Below are positions 11,901 through 23,900 of a DNA stretch of 64,000 bases, in pieces (the stretch's first letter is position 1; each line of letters begins with the position of its first letter). The position numbers and the translations under genes were made by a program. The notes beneath the pieces were generated by a model, which was given only the letters and a program-made list of their open reading frames with translations, did not search any database and was not told the DNA's origin. The stretch comes from Camelus ferus (Eukaryota). Location of the stretch: positions 50,966,001 to 51,030,000 of the forward strand of contig NC_045696.1 of NCBI RefSeq assembly GCF_009834535.1, in the 5' to 3' direction.

Positions 11901-14900
11901 ACAGCATGGAAAGGAGCCAGTAACTGATTTTGGCGCCTTCCAATCCCTCTTGACCTTCTCTAGTTCCCACTAAGTGAGATTCGGCAGCAGTGGCTTGGCC
12001 AAGCAGTCTGAGCATATTTGAGGAAAAAAATAAAGGGAAGAAAATAATAGATCTCAAGACAGTATGGATACTACAAAATGCCATTCAGTGCGTTGAATCT
12101 GTTTAAAGTCTTGTACTCCCTCCAACCATGTGAGGTACGTTCACTCTGCTGGCCGTTCACTCAACAAATATTTATGACTATGAAGTGATGACCTTGTATG
12201 GCAGGTCAAGGATCACCTTCTAACGTCATTTTGGTAGCTAGCAGTAACGGGCCCACTTACATTTATCAGCAGTCATCATTTCCACAAGGAAAATTCAGGG
12301 GTTTCAATTCCTGTTGCCAAAATTGCCCCTTTCAAGACAGTAAGTAAGTAAAGTGGTAAGACTAATCCCAATGACAGAGACTGTGTGAGCTCTTAGGGAC
12401 AGCACAAATGGTCATGGGTAACTACCCAGTAAGTATCTTGGGAATGGAATAGGCTACTGATTGAAAACACAGACCCCCAGCAGCTGATGGGGATATGTGA
12501 TCAGCACGGAGAGTACTGCTGAGTGTAACATCATTCCCTCGGTAGCTAGGTGAATTTTCTTCTTGTATGTTCTTTAATCTCTTAATTACATAGCTCCAGA
12601 GTTTTGCCAATGTCTGATGTCCCCAGTAAACTAGAAGTTCTTTAATATAAGAAAAAACAAATTGTCACTGGCTAGAAAAATGCAAACCGGAAGATAAAGT
12701 AGCTATCTATTTTTTTGCTGCTGTTTTCTTCAGATGTCTGTGGCAGACTGAGTTGTATGATATCGGGAGAAGGGTCACGCCTTCTTCATTCAAGGAGGGA
12801 GGCTGCAGTCTCATTTACGTCCCTTAGTGCTACCAAAATGCACCCAAGCAAAGGCTAAATTGAAAGTTTTAACCAAAAGGAGTATTAGATGGTTTGAAGG
12901 TTGGGGGGTTGGGTTTTCCTGCAGTTTTTGCTAAAAGAAAATTCAGCAACCAGGGTTAATTCTGGACAGTTTTGAAACAACTGTTCAGAGGAGAGGTCAG
13001 GAACCTAGAATCTGATCCATTGTGCTTTGTTCTTTTTTACCAGAAAAGGAGAACCAGACCTGGAATCTACAACGTGCAAAGAACCTTAAAGTGACCATTG
13101 TTCCTTCCATTAAAAGTCAGTATTGGCACTAAGATTCAGTGAAGGGATTCCTATGGCAGGAAGTCGATCATGTAACTCAATGCTAATGTCATCCTTCCAG
13201 AGAAACATAATAAAATTAATGTTTATTTTAGAGATAGAAGAGAGAATCAAACCACTCTGTTAAATCCCTTGCAGAAGGGAAGGGAACTCAATTATGAAGT
13301 ATGTATGGGAAGCCCCTTCCCGGCTTCCCTGGGAAGTCACTGCCATGAAAGGCAGCCATTTATGGATCATGTCTGGGGGACCTCCAGTAGCTTTGCTGCT
13401 TTGAATGCAGATATCTTAGGAATTAAGAATGGGTGTGATGCAGATGGGCCCTTGACGCTGTCCTGTCCCAAACACGGTGCTCTTTTCTCCTGAGGAAATC
13501 CTGACCAAAGTTGTTTCTCTCCCCTCAGAATCCGTTTATGTGAAATCCATTCTTCTCAGTTTCCTCATCTTCCTCTCCTTCTACTTGGGATGCCTGTGTG
13601 TTGCGTTGGTTCATTTTATCAGGTATGTCAAGGATTTCAAGAAATGTCAATCCCTTCAACTGTCTCTGCTTTTAGTGATTAGCACATTAGACTTTAGAGC
13701 CATATTGACTGGATTCAGATCTACCTTAGTCACTAACCGTGTGATCTTGGGGAAGTTACTTAACATTTCTGTGCTTTGGTTTCCTCATCTGTAAAATGAG
13801 ATAATAATTTACCTCATAGACTAGCATAATTGCAGTGTTTATGTCAATATTCTGCACTGAGCAAGTGCTGATAGTTATTTTCATAGTTAATGAAACTTCA
13901 ATAGAAAGACAGCTTGGGTATTTTTTTAACACCAGAAAATACTCAATATAAATATGGAATGTAGGAAATGAGTTCTACCTAATATGGAGATTTAGAAACA
14001 GCTTTAAACATTCCATCAAAAAGTAAAATTAATGCCTAAGGTAAATCTTGAGGTATAATAAATAGCAAGAGTGACAGATACATCTTGATACTATATTACC
14101 AGGTGCTTTCTCATTGTGGTAGCATCAATTTTACAGTAAAATGTTCCCTGAGAGAAAAAAAAAAAAAAAAAGAGAGAGAATCATGCTGTAGTTTGACCAA
14201 GGAACTTTCTCTCCCCAAGAGTTTGGAGCCCCAGTGAAAAGAGCTCCAGTCTTCCCTCACATGTCTGAGCAGGCCTGAACTTCGAGAATTCCATCGTTTG
14301 TTTTGGTCTCTGTGAAACAACTACAGAGGACTGGCAGGAGGTACAATAACAAATGTTCTCTCTCCTCTTGAGCATGGAAAGAACACAAAGCCAGCGCAGT
14401 GTTTTCAGACTGTTGGGCAAGATTAGCCTTATCTGTAGAAAAACCTCACGGCTGCCACAGTGATACAGCTATCCCAGTGATACAGGCCTACCTCTGACTT
14501 AAAAAATAACCCCCTTCTGTGATCTTTATGAAGCTTTTCTGTTGAGAAACTGACTTCAAAACCCCCAGGACTACTGTTGGTCATATCTGGGACAATTTGA
14601 GCACCAAAATAATTAAGAAGAATAGTAAGTTATAAACCACTGAGAAAAACAGAAATTCATGAATCCGTATCAATCAGAGAAGGAAGGAAGGCAGGCAGGG
14701 AATGTGAGACAGAGGGAGGGAGGGATGATGGACCTAAATGCTTGCAGATATACATCCAATGAATTCAATGAAGTTACTCAGACAGATACACATTAGGGAA
14801 AGGAGCTGTTAGCAAATACTGACATAGAAGGGAGGACTCTTGCCCACAGCAGAACACCAAACACTGGTAAATAAGGAGAGTGCTGGCCCTGGAAAATCAC

Positions 14901-17900
14901 CATTCTGCAGAGGTCAGGTTAAGAATCATCAATGAACACTAAAACTAGGAGGAACTTCTGATGAGGATCAAGGTATCTGCATGGTCTTACAGTGGATCCC
15001 CACAAATTGCTTAGGAGTTGAAAGGGAAAAAACAGAAACTACCCAATAGAGAAACGAGATGATTGACAGGGTGATCAAAATTAATATGACCAAGGGGAAG
15101 ATGGACACTGTGTGCCTCCAGATGTGACACTCTGAGAAGGACACAGTATCACTTCGGCAGTATTCTAGCCAGAAATACACATTTGGAATATAATCACGAG
15201 GGAAAATTTAGATGAACTCCAAATGATGACCATTCCATTGAAATGTGTCACAAAAGACCAAAAAAAAAATGGCTGTGGAAATGTTCCATATTGAAGGAGA
15301 CTAAAGACATATGGCAGCTGAAGCCAATACCTGACCTCAGATTGGATCCTTTATTAGAAGAAAAATATGCTATAAAGGACATTATTGGGTCAATTGACAA
15401 AACTGTAATAAAGACAGTAGATTCGATAAGAGTATCATATCAATGTTAAATGTGCTGAATTTGACAACTACACTGTGGTTATATAAGAGAATATTTATTC
15501 TTTGGAAATATTCCAAAAAGTATAGAACATATATGGGTGTTCTATATTCTGTTCTTCTTCGTACAGCTTTTCTGTAGATTTGAAATTATTTTCAAATAAA
15601 AAGTTAGAAACAAAAACTCTAGCCTACAGGCCAATATTATACCTGGAAAGTATATACATTAACTGATTATCAGCTCAATTAACTTTTCAGGTCACAATCA
15701 TTAACACTGAATAAGTGTTCTACATCAGGTACTGTGGGGGGCCCTCTAAGCAGATTATCTCATTTAAAGCCCCCCTACAGTAAGTACTAGCATTATCATC
15801 ATTTGACAGTTGAGGAGATTCAGGCATTGAGAGGTCAAGCAATTTGACCATGAATTCACATCCAGTAAATGAAGGAGATGGGATTTGAACCCAGGCAGCC
15901 TGGCTCCAGAGCCTTAGCTCTTAAGCAAGCTGGTCAAGATAGGTCTGGAGTGGTCAGGGCATGTGAGGGAGGGCAGTCCTGATCAAGGAGACCAGATCAA
16001 AAGCCTGGCACCCCAACTTGGATTTGGTTCGAAAGGGGTGCAAAAAGCTGCCAATTTTAACTCCAATGTACTTAAACATAATGGAAAAAGAAGTTCATCT
16101 CTTCTGCCTGTCTTAGGAAGATGGTCTCTCCTGCTGATGTTTTAGATTTTAGAAAGTAAGATCTCATCTCTTTAGATAGCTAGCAGTTATAATCAACATA
16201 CAAACAGACAAAAAATGAAGCTAATAGCTGGATATCAATCTCCCTAGTGTTGTTATTCGGCCTGCCTAAGCAAGCAGAGTTTTTGGAAGTTGTGGTCCAA
16301 GGCTCTGTTGAAACCTCTAGCGGCCAGACTGTTTTGCTACAGTCAACTGCATAAGCATGGATTCTTTCCAAATATAGAGAAACTGAAAATAGAAATCTGG
16401 AGACATAAGGCATAAGAACTACTTGGCATTCTAAACAGACTGAGGGAAATGCTAACAGAACTCTTCCTTCATTGAACTAAGCAGAAATAACAAAGTTTTC
16501 TTCAAAACCAAGTCGAGCCAGTCCTGGAGCAGAATGCCATTTGCTTGTTGAGCGCCCCATATGTTATTCCTAATATATATGGGCTTTGCAGTACATGCTA
16601 TGAGATCAGGATGAAAACACTGATAAGTGACATGGTGCCTGCCCTCAGGGAGCTAAGAATCCAAAGTGTTTTTATGCTATATTTGCTCAACCCTAAACTC
16701 CATTCCCTTCCCTTCCCACCCTCCAGCCCCAATTCATTCAACAAGTATTTATGGAGTCCCCACAGTGAATGGCAGGCCCTGGGCCAAGCACTGCCTACAT
16801 TAATCCTGCCTCTTGGTCACCCTGCCAGACATTGAGTTCAAACTGCATGATCCTGATTACTCGTCATTCCCTTGATTCCTGTATTAGTTATCTATTGCCA
16901 TAATAGTGCTGCATAAAAATTGGCCATAAAACTCCACTGGCATGCAACCATATACATATATATATATGTAGTTGCATTTGTTCCCAAGTCTATGCGTCAG
17001 CTGGAAGATTCTGCTGATCTGGATGAGGCTCAGAGATCTCAGCTGGGTGTGGTCATGGAGTGAAATCTACTAGCCGGTCAGTGAGGAGCCGGCTCTTCTA
17101 GACTGGCCTGCTGCCCTTTGTCTCTCATCCTCCAGCAGCCTAGCCCTGGGTTATTGTATCTCCGACAGGTAGAAGAAGAACGCAAGGCCTCCTTAAGATG
17201 TAGATTCAAAAGTGGCATGATATCACTTCCCCCTCCTTCTATTTATTAGCCAAAACAAGTGATGAGGCCAGTCCAGATTCAAGAGGTGAAGATATAGACT
17301 CCACTTTTGATGGAATAGCTGGATACAAGATGAGGTGTAGCCATTTTTCAACCAGTCTAGCATGGTTCTCATTTACTCTTTTCCCCTTTGTTCACTGGAT
17401 ACTGCCTGCCTCATCCTAGCTTCACAAATCATTTAAATCCTCTAATAAAGAATTTTATCAACTCCAAAACCTAAGACAAATGTGCATAAAGCCTGTAATA
17501 ATACAAACATAATCCAAACACATCATCTCTTATGAGTTCGTGTAATTGCTTGCTAGTTAACATCACTAAAATTGTTTTTTTAAAGGGACTTCACTAGACC
17601 TTCATTTGCCAGCTAGAACATTCGGACCCAATTGTAACTGCTCTCCTTAATAACATGTCTTGTTTACTCAACAAATATTAAGTTATTTCCTGTGTGCTGG
17701 GCCCTGGCCTAAAGGTAGGAGATACAGTGGTGAACCAGACAGTCTAGATCCCAGCACTAATAGAGCTTACACTGTACAAAGGAAAAAATGTATAAGCAAG
17801 CAAGCAACTAATAAGAAAATAATTTCAGCTAGTGACAGGAGGAGAACAAACAAGTGGTGTGACAGATGATTGGTTTGGGGAAGCTACTTTAGAGTTGATT

Positions 17901-20900
17901 TGTTCAGCAGGAAAGACTTCTCAGAACCAAGATCTGAATGGCAAGAAGGAGCCAGCCATGGAAGGATACAAGATGAGGTGTAGGAACAGAAGAGGTATGA
18001 AAAGAAGTTCTTCCCCCAAACATACCAGGATCAGGAGTGCACAACTTCTAGAGCCCCCAACAGAAAGTAAATAAGACCATGTACCAAAGCACAGGCATGT
18101 CTAACCCCCAACTTTTCTCCCCTCTCCCCCTACTCCAACCTGACATCCAAAAGGGAGACTCATTTGGGGGAAGAAGGTAATTCACATTTTAATTTTTGAT
18201 AGACATTTCCATTTAATATACCTGGTTTTAAAAATAATAGCTTTATTAAGGCATTAATTCATAGACCATAAAATTCACCCTTTTTAAAATTTAGTGGCTG
18301 TAGTATATTCACAGTTGCACAACCATCACCGCTATCTAATTTTCATCACCTCCAAAAAGAAACCGAGTTCACCAAGATTACAAGATCAATATGCATAAAT
18401 CAACTGTATTTCTATACACTAGCAATGCACAATTCAAACATGAAATTAAGAAAACAATTTAATTTACAATAGCATTCAAAAATAATAAAATACTTAAGAG
18501 ATTTAACAAATTAAATTTAAGATTGTATATTGAAAACTACAGAACATTCTTGAAAAAAATTAAAGAGGACATAAATAGATGAAGAGGCATTCTGTGTTCA
18601 TGGATTGGAAGACTTAATATTGTTAGGATGGTATAGTAGACAGAATAACGGCCCCCAAAAGATGTCCATGTTCTAATATTCAGAACCTGTGAATACGTTA
18701 CTTTATGTGGCAAAAGAGATTTTGCAGATATGATAGTTATGGAGATTATCCTGGATTATCCATGTGGGTATCATGTAATCACAAGGGTCCTTATAAGAGG
18801 GAGGCAAGAGAGTCAAAGGAAGTTGTACCCCTACTTCTCACCATATACAAAAATTAACTCAAAATACAACAAAGATCTAAATAAAAGAGCCAAATCTATA
18901 AAACTCTTAGAAGAAAACATAGGTGTAAATCTTTGTGACCTTGAATTAGGTGATAGTTTCTTAGACACAACACCAAAAGCACAAGTAACAAAAGAAAAAA
19001 AATAGGTAAATTGGGCTTCATCAAAATTAAAACTTTTGTGTTTTTAAAGGATATTGTCAAGGAAGTGAAAATATAACACACAAAATTGGATAAAATGCTT
19101 GCAAATCATATATCCCATAAGAGTCTAGTATCCCAACTAAAGAATTCTTACAACCCAGACAGAAAGAAAAATATCTCCATTTAAAAATGGCACTTTTTGA
19201 ATTGAATAGACATTTCTCCAAAGGAAACACACAAATGGCCAATAAGCATGTGAAGAGATGCCCAACGTCATGAGCCATCGGCGCAATGCAAAGCAAAACT
19301 ACAATGAGCTATCATTTTAAGCCACTAGGATGGTTATGATAAAATTGTTTAAATGGAAAATAACAAGAGTTGGTAAGGATTTATAGAAATTGGAACTTCC
19401 CACATTGCTTAGTGGGAATGTAAAATAGTTCCTGCTATAAAGCTGCTGTGGAAAACAGTTTAGGAAAAAAAGTTAAACATACTTGACACCCAGCACTTCC
19501 ATTCCTAGGAATACACCCAAGAGAATTTAACACATATATCCACACAAATACTTGTACACAAATGTTCATAGCAGGGTTGTTCATGATAGCTAAAAAGTGG
19601 AAACAGCCAAAATGTACATCAAATGTAAACAAATAAATGAAACATGGTACACCCATACAATGCAATATTACACAGCCATAAAATGACTGAAGTGTTGATT
19701 CATGTACCACACAGATGAATCTTGAAAGCATTATGCTAAGTGAGAGAAGCCAAACAAAAAGACCACCTAAACTACTATTCCATTTATATGAAATGTCCAG
19801 AATAGGCAAATGTATAGAGACAGGAAGTGCATTAGTGGTTGCCAGGGGCTGGGAGGAAGGGAGGACGGGGAGTAATTGGTATGAGTTGAGATTTCTTTGG
19901 GAGATGATGAAAATGTTCTGGAACTAGGTAACAGTGATGGTTGCACAGCTTTGTGAACACACTAAAGTTCACTGAATTGTGCACATTTTAGGGTGCAAAA
20001 TTTATCTTTAGGGTGAACTTTATGGCATGTGAACTACCTGAAAATAAATGAAGATGAAAATAAAATTAATGAATGCATATATGTATGTATGCATGTGTGT
20101 GCCTAGGCGTGGAATTGCTGGGTCATGTTGTATCTCTGTGTTTAACTTTTAAGGAATTGCCAAATGGTTTTTCAAAGTCCCTGCTCCATTTTACAGTCCC
20201 ACAAGCAATGTATCAGAGTTCCAGTTTCTGCACATCCAAAGGCCCATTTTTAGGGCCCATTTGTCCTCACAGAGAAATCTGCAACAAAGTCTATAGGGAA
20301 CGAGTGTAAAATGCTGGGGTTTTTGCTGTCTTAGGAGCATGTGTATGTGCTTGTTTGCAGGTTTCAGAGAAAATCCATTGATGGAAGCTTTGGTTCCAAT
20401 GATGGTAAGAAAAATCCCTGATTTCGATTCAAAATGATGTCAAGAATGTGGCAACATCCCATTTGGTACTTCTGTCTCTCTGCCTTCTGTGATTTCCAAA
20501 CCCCCCCCCCCTTGGTTTCTATCCCCCAGAGTGGTCTAATCTGCAGTGTTTAGAAAACAGAGCTAGTGAGAGCCAATTTTTATAGTTGATAATTACTGAG
20601 ATATGGAGCTCACACTAAGGACCTTCGCTTGGAGTGTTCCTTGTACTTCTCCACAGCCCATCTGTCAGCCATTCATCTTTTTTAAAAGTTTAATCTTTTC
20701 TGGGATATAAGTTGTTCATACCTATCTTATCCCAAAGCTCATTTGTGAACAACAGTAAGGATTTATTGTGTCAACACGAATGCAGAGTGTACTTTTCCCA
20801 AATTGGGATAGAGGGTTTTTTGTTTGAGGATCTAGAAAACTGAAATATTTTAATCTAGCAAGTGTAATAGAGTATAATTACTTCAGAAAATCCAGAGTAA

Positions 20901-23900
20901 CTGATTATCCAACCATTCGTAATATGCCTTTTCCTCCACTCTGATATTTTGAACAGAGAAATTCAGTTGCTTGATCTTTCAATAAAACATTTTTAAATTA
21001 AATGTCCTAATTTAAAAATTGAGATATAATTGATATATAATGTATAAATTTTGGGTGTACAACATGATTCTGTATTTGTATATATTGTAAAATGATCACC
21101 ACAAGAAGTCTGATTACCATTCATCACCACACATAGTGACAATTTTTTTCTTGTGATGAGAACTCTTAAGATCTATTCTTTTAGCAAGTTTCAAATATAC
21201 ACACAGTATTATTAACGATAGTCATCATGTGGTCCATTACATCCCCAGGACTTATCTTTTATAACTGGAAGTTTGTGCCTTTTGCAAGTGTCTTGTTTTT
21301 GAAAAGCCTAAATCAGCATGAGTTACTCTCTGTCCACAAACTAGCTGGCATGTGGAAAAGGACTGATGAGGTGAGACCTGATTTTTAAGTCACATGCAGC
21401 AGATGTTGAGTTGTGTGTTTTCTATGCTTAAATGAGCCCACAGGATCTCAGAAAGACATAAAAGGACCCCAGGCCCCACCCAGCAGGAGCATCTCTCCCT
21501 CTGCCTTCCTTTGACTTTTGTCTTCCTTAATGTCAGTGTGTTTGTTTTTCCAGCCACCCAGGCAGTCTGTTTCAATAACATTCAACAGTCAATATAAAAG
21601 GACACATGCTCTAGTGTCTTTAAAATGCCAAGCACTACTTCCCGTTTTATTCATAAAATGTTAAGATGAAATGTCGTCTCTCTAGGTCTCATCCTTTTTC
21701 CTCCAGAGCTTTCCAGGTTTTGCTCTTCTTTCAGGCCTAGTTAAACTTAGACAGCCTGATCAGGTGGGTCCCCCTGGTGTGCTGTGAATGGATGGGCTGT
21801 TATTTTTATTGTATGAGTGAAGTCATTTTATTACTGCAATGATAATGAAAGGAATTCCATGTTCGGAAGGGTCTCCTGCACAGTGAAGCATTGGTGGACA
21901 GAGCTGGGACTTGAGCCAGATCATTGTCTAAAATCAAGAAGGCTCTGAAAGTGAGCTGAGAGCTAGAGGCACCCTTCAGACGGCAAGCAGGAATGCATGA
22001 GGGACCCCTCCCCACTGCCAAAAGAAAGAATAAAGATGCATCAGTTGAATTCACGTGGCTGCAAGTGACAACAAAGTACATCATAAATATACCTAAACAA
22101 TAAGGAATGTCTCATCTCCTGGAAGTTGAGCAGAAGAGTGGGCTTCAGGCATGACTGACTCCAGTTGTACTGGTCCTTTTTCCTGTCATTCCATTGGCTC
22201 TGCTTTGCCCCTAGGGCTGCTGGTGAGATGGCCAGGTTTATGCCCTCACCTGAGAAGGTCCAGAGGCAAGGACTTTTTCAGAAGCACCTACCAACCTCTC
22301 TCATGTTTCATTGGCCTAGAGTGGACCATATACTTATTGCTAAACCAGTCACTGCAAAGGAATAGATTTACCTACAGATTAGTCAAGCCTGCTTATAGAA
22401 TTCGGGTGAGGTCTTCTTTTTTTAGACCAGGGTTCCTCAGACTTAACATTATTGACATTACAGCCAGATAGATGATTCTTTGCTGCTGGGAGCTGCCCTG
22501 TACACTGTAGGATGTTTAAATGCATCCTTCACCTCTACCTACTAGAATTCAGTAGTACACTCCCTCCCTGTGACAACTAAAAATATCTCCAGACATTATC
22601 AAGTGTCCTCTTCGGGGCAAAACGTTCCCCCCACCCCCAGTTGAGAATCACTGACTTAAAAATGTGGGCTGCCAGGCTCAGGTAGGGATGCCTGAAGAAA
22701 ATCCCAGTTTAGTTAGGAAGTAGGGAATAGGAGTGCTCAGCACAAAGAGCTTTGCAATAGGGAGGAAGTAAGGAACCTTTGTAGTGCAGAGAAGCTACTG
22801 AGAAAGGTGGCGCCTGACCACTGGTGAGGCAAGACTTTGGTGCTTCAAACAAGAGCAAAGAAGACAAGCTCTACCATAGGTAAGAACCAGTTAGTGATTC
22901 TTAATCATCTCAAGCAGAGCACTGAGAAACCAGCCTGGAGGAAGAGACAGAGAATGTGTGGGACCTTATTGAAAGCTAATCTGAGACATTCAGGGGAGGA
23001 ATATCTTTGGAGAAGAGCAAGGATTCAGAAATGTCTTTATCTCCTAAGGGCCAGTATCGGTGTGACCTAGGGGGCTTCAGGAAACTTAATAGAGCTCAGA
23101 GCTACAGGAAATGCCCCAGGGGCTGATGCCCAGAAGAAATGCTAGGAGCTGTGCCTGAAAAAGGAAGGGGATCCCACTAGATTTGGCATGTTGTCTGCCC
23201 GAATCAGTGTGGAACTAGACATGTGAGGAACTGGGCCTAATGCTTGCACCTTTGATATGCCTGAGGTGGATGAAGCAGAGCCAGGTCCCTATCATGTGCC
23301 AAGTTGGTGGCAGCTCTGTGATAGTTATGTAATGATAGGAAGCAGCATTTGGAAAATCTGTCAGCTCTCCTGCATTTGTTTTTCTTTGATTTGCCTGCAG
23401 TTTTTAAAGTTGTATTTGAAAGAAGCATGCTGACAGTGGCTCCAACTGTACTAAAAAGCAAAAAAAAAAAAAGGAATTTCTTTCATACTTCCTGGAGTAA
23501 AGAAGGAAATAAGACCCTGGAGCCCAGGTGAAGTAGAAATAGTGCTAATAAACAGCAGCTTCAGGCCACAGAGGGACTTTCTTTCTGATGTGAATGGACA
23601 AACACCGTGCTCTCCGTTCATCACTTAGAGCTTAAGACAGGGGCCTCTGGTAATCTGAGGGCCTCTGTACAAGGCTCTATGCTCTAAAAACATTTCCTCC
23701 AGTGGCTCTATTAGTGGAGAAACCCTGCGTTTCACGTCCTTGTTACAGAGCCTGTGCAGAAATTCAGTTACCAACTGGAAAGAGAGATGGACAAAGCCTG
23801 CCTCCCAGGCCTCGGGGACCACGTAGGCTGTTACCACGACCTTGGGTGCAGCCCGAGAGGAGGTTCCTTTCTCAAGTGGGAGAGCTTGACAAACCTGACA

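Noticed and set aside
13623..13794. Read-through of exon 9 into the intron (ORF 13477..13794), and likewise 38909..39211, as truncated isoforms
   Set aside because: Good canonical donors are present and the extensions run into MIR or ordinary intron sequence; open stretches of this length occur by chance.
18730..19927. L1 ORF2-like peptides as an active retrotransposon
   Set aside because: Fragmented by stops and frameshifts and 5'-truncated; a fossil.
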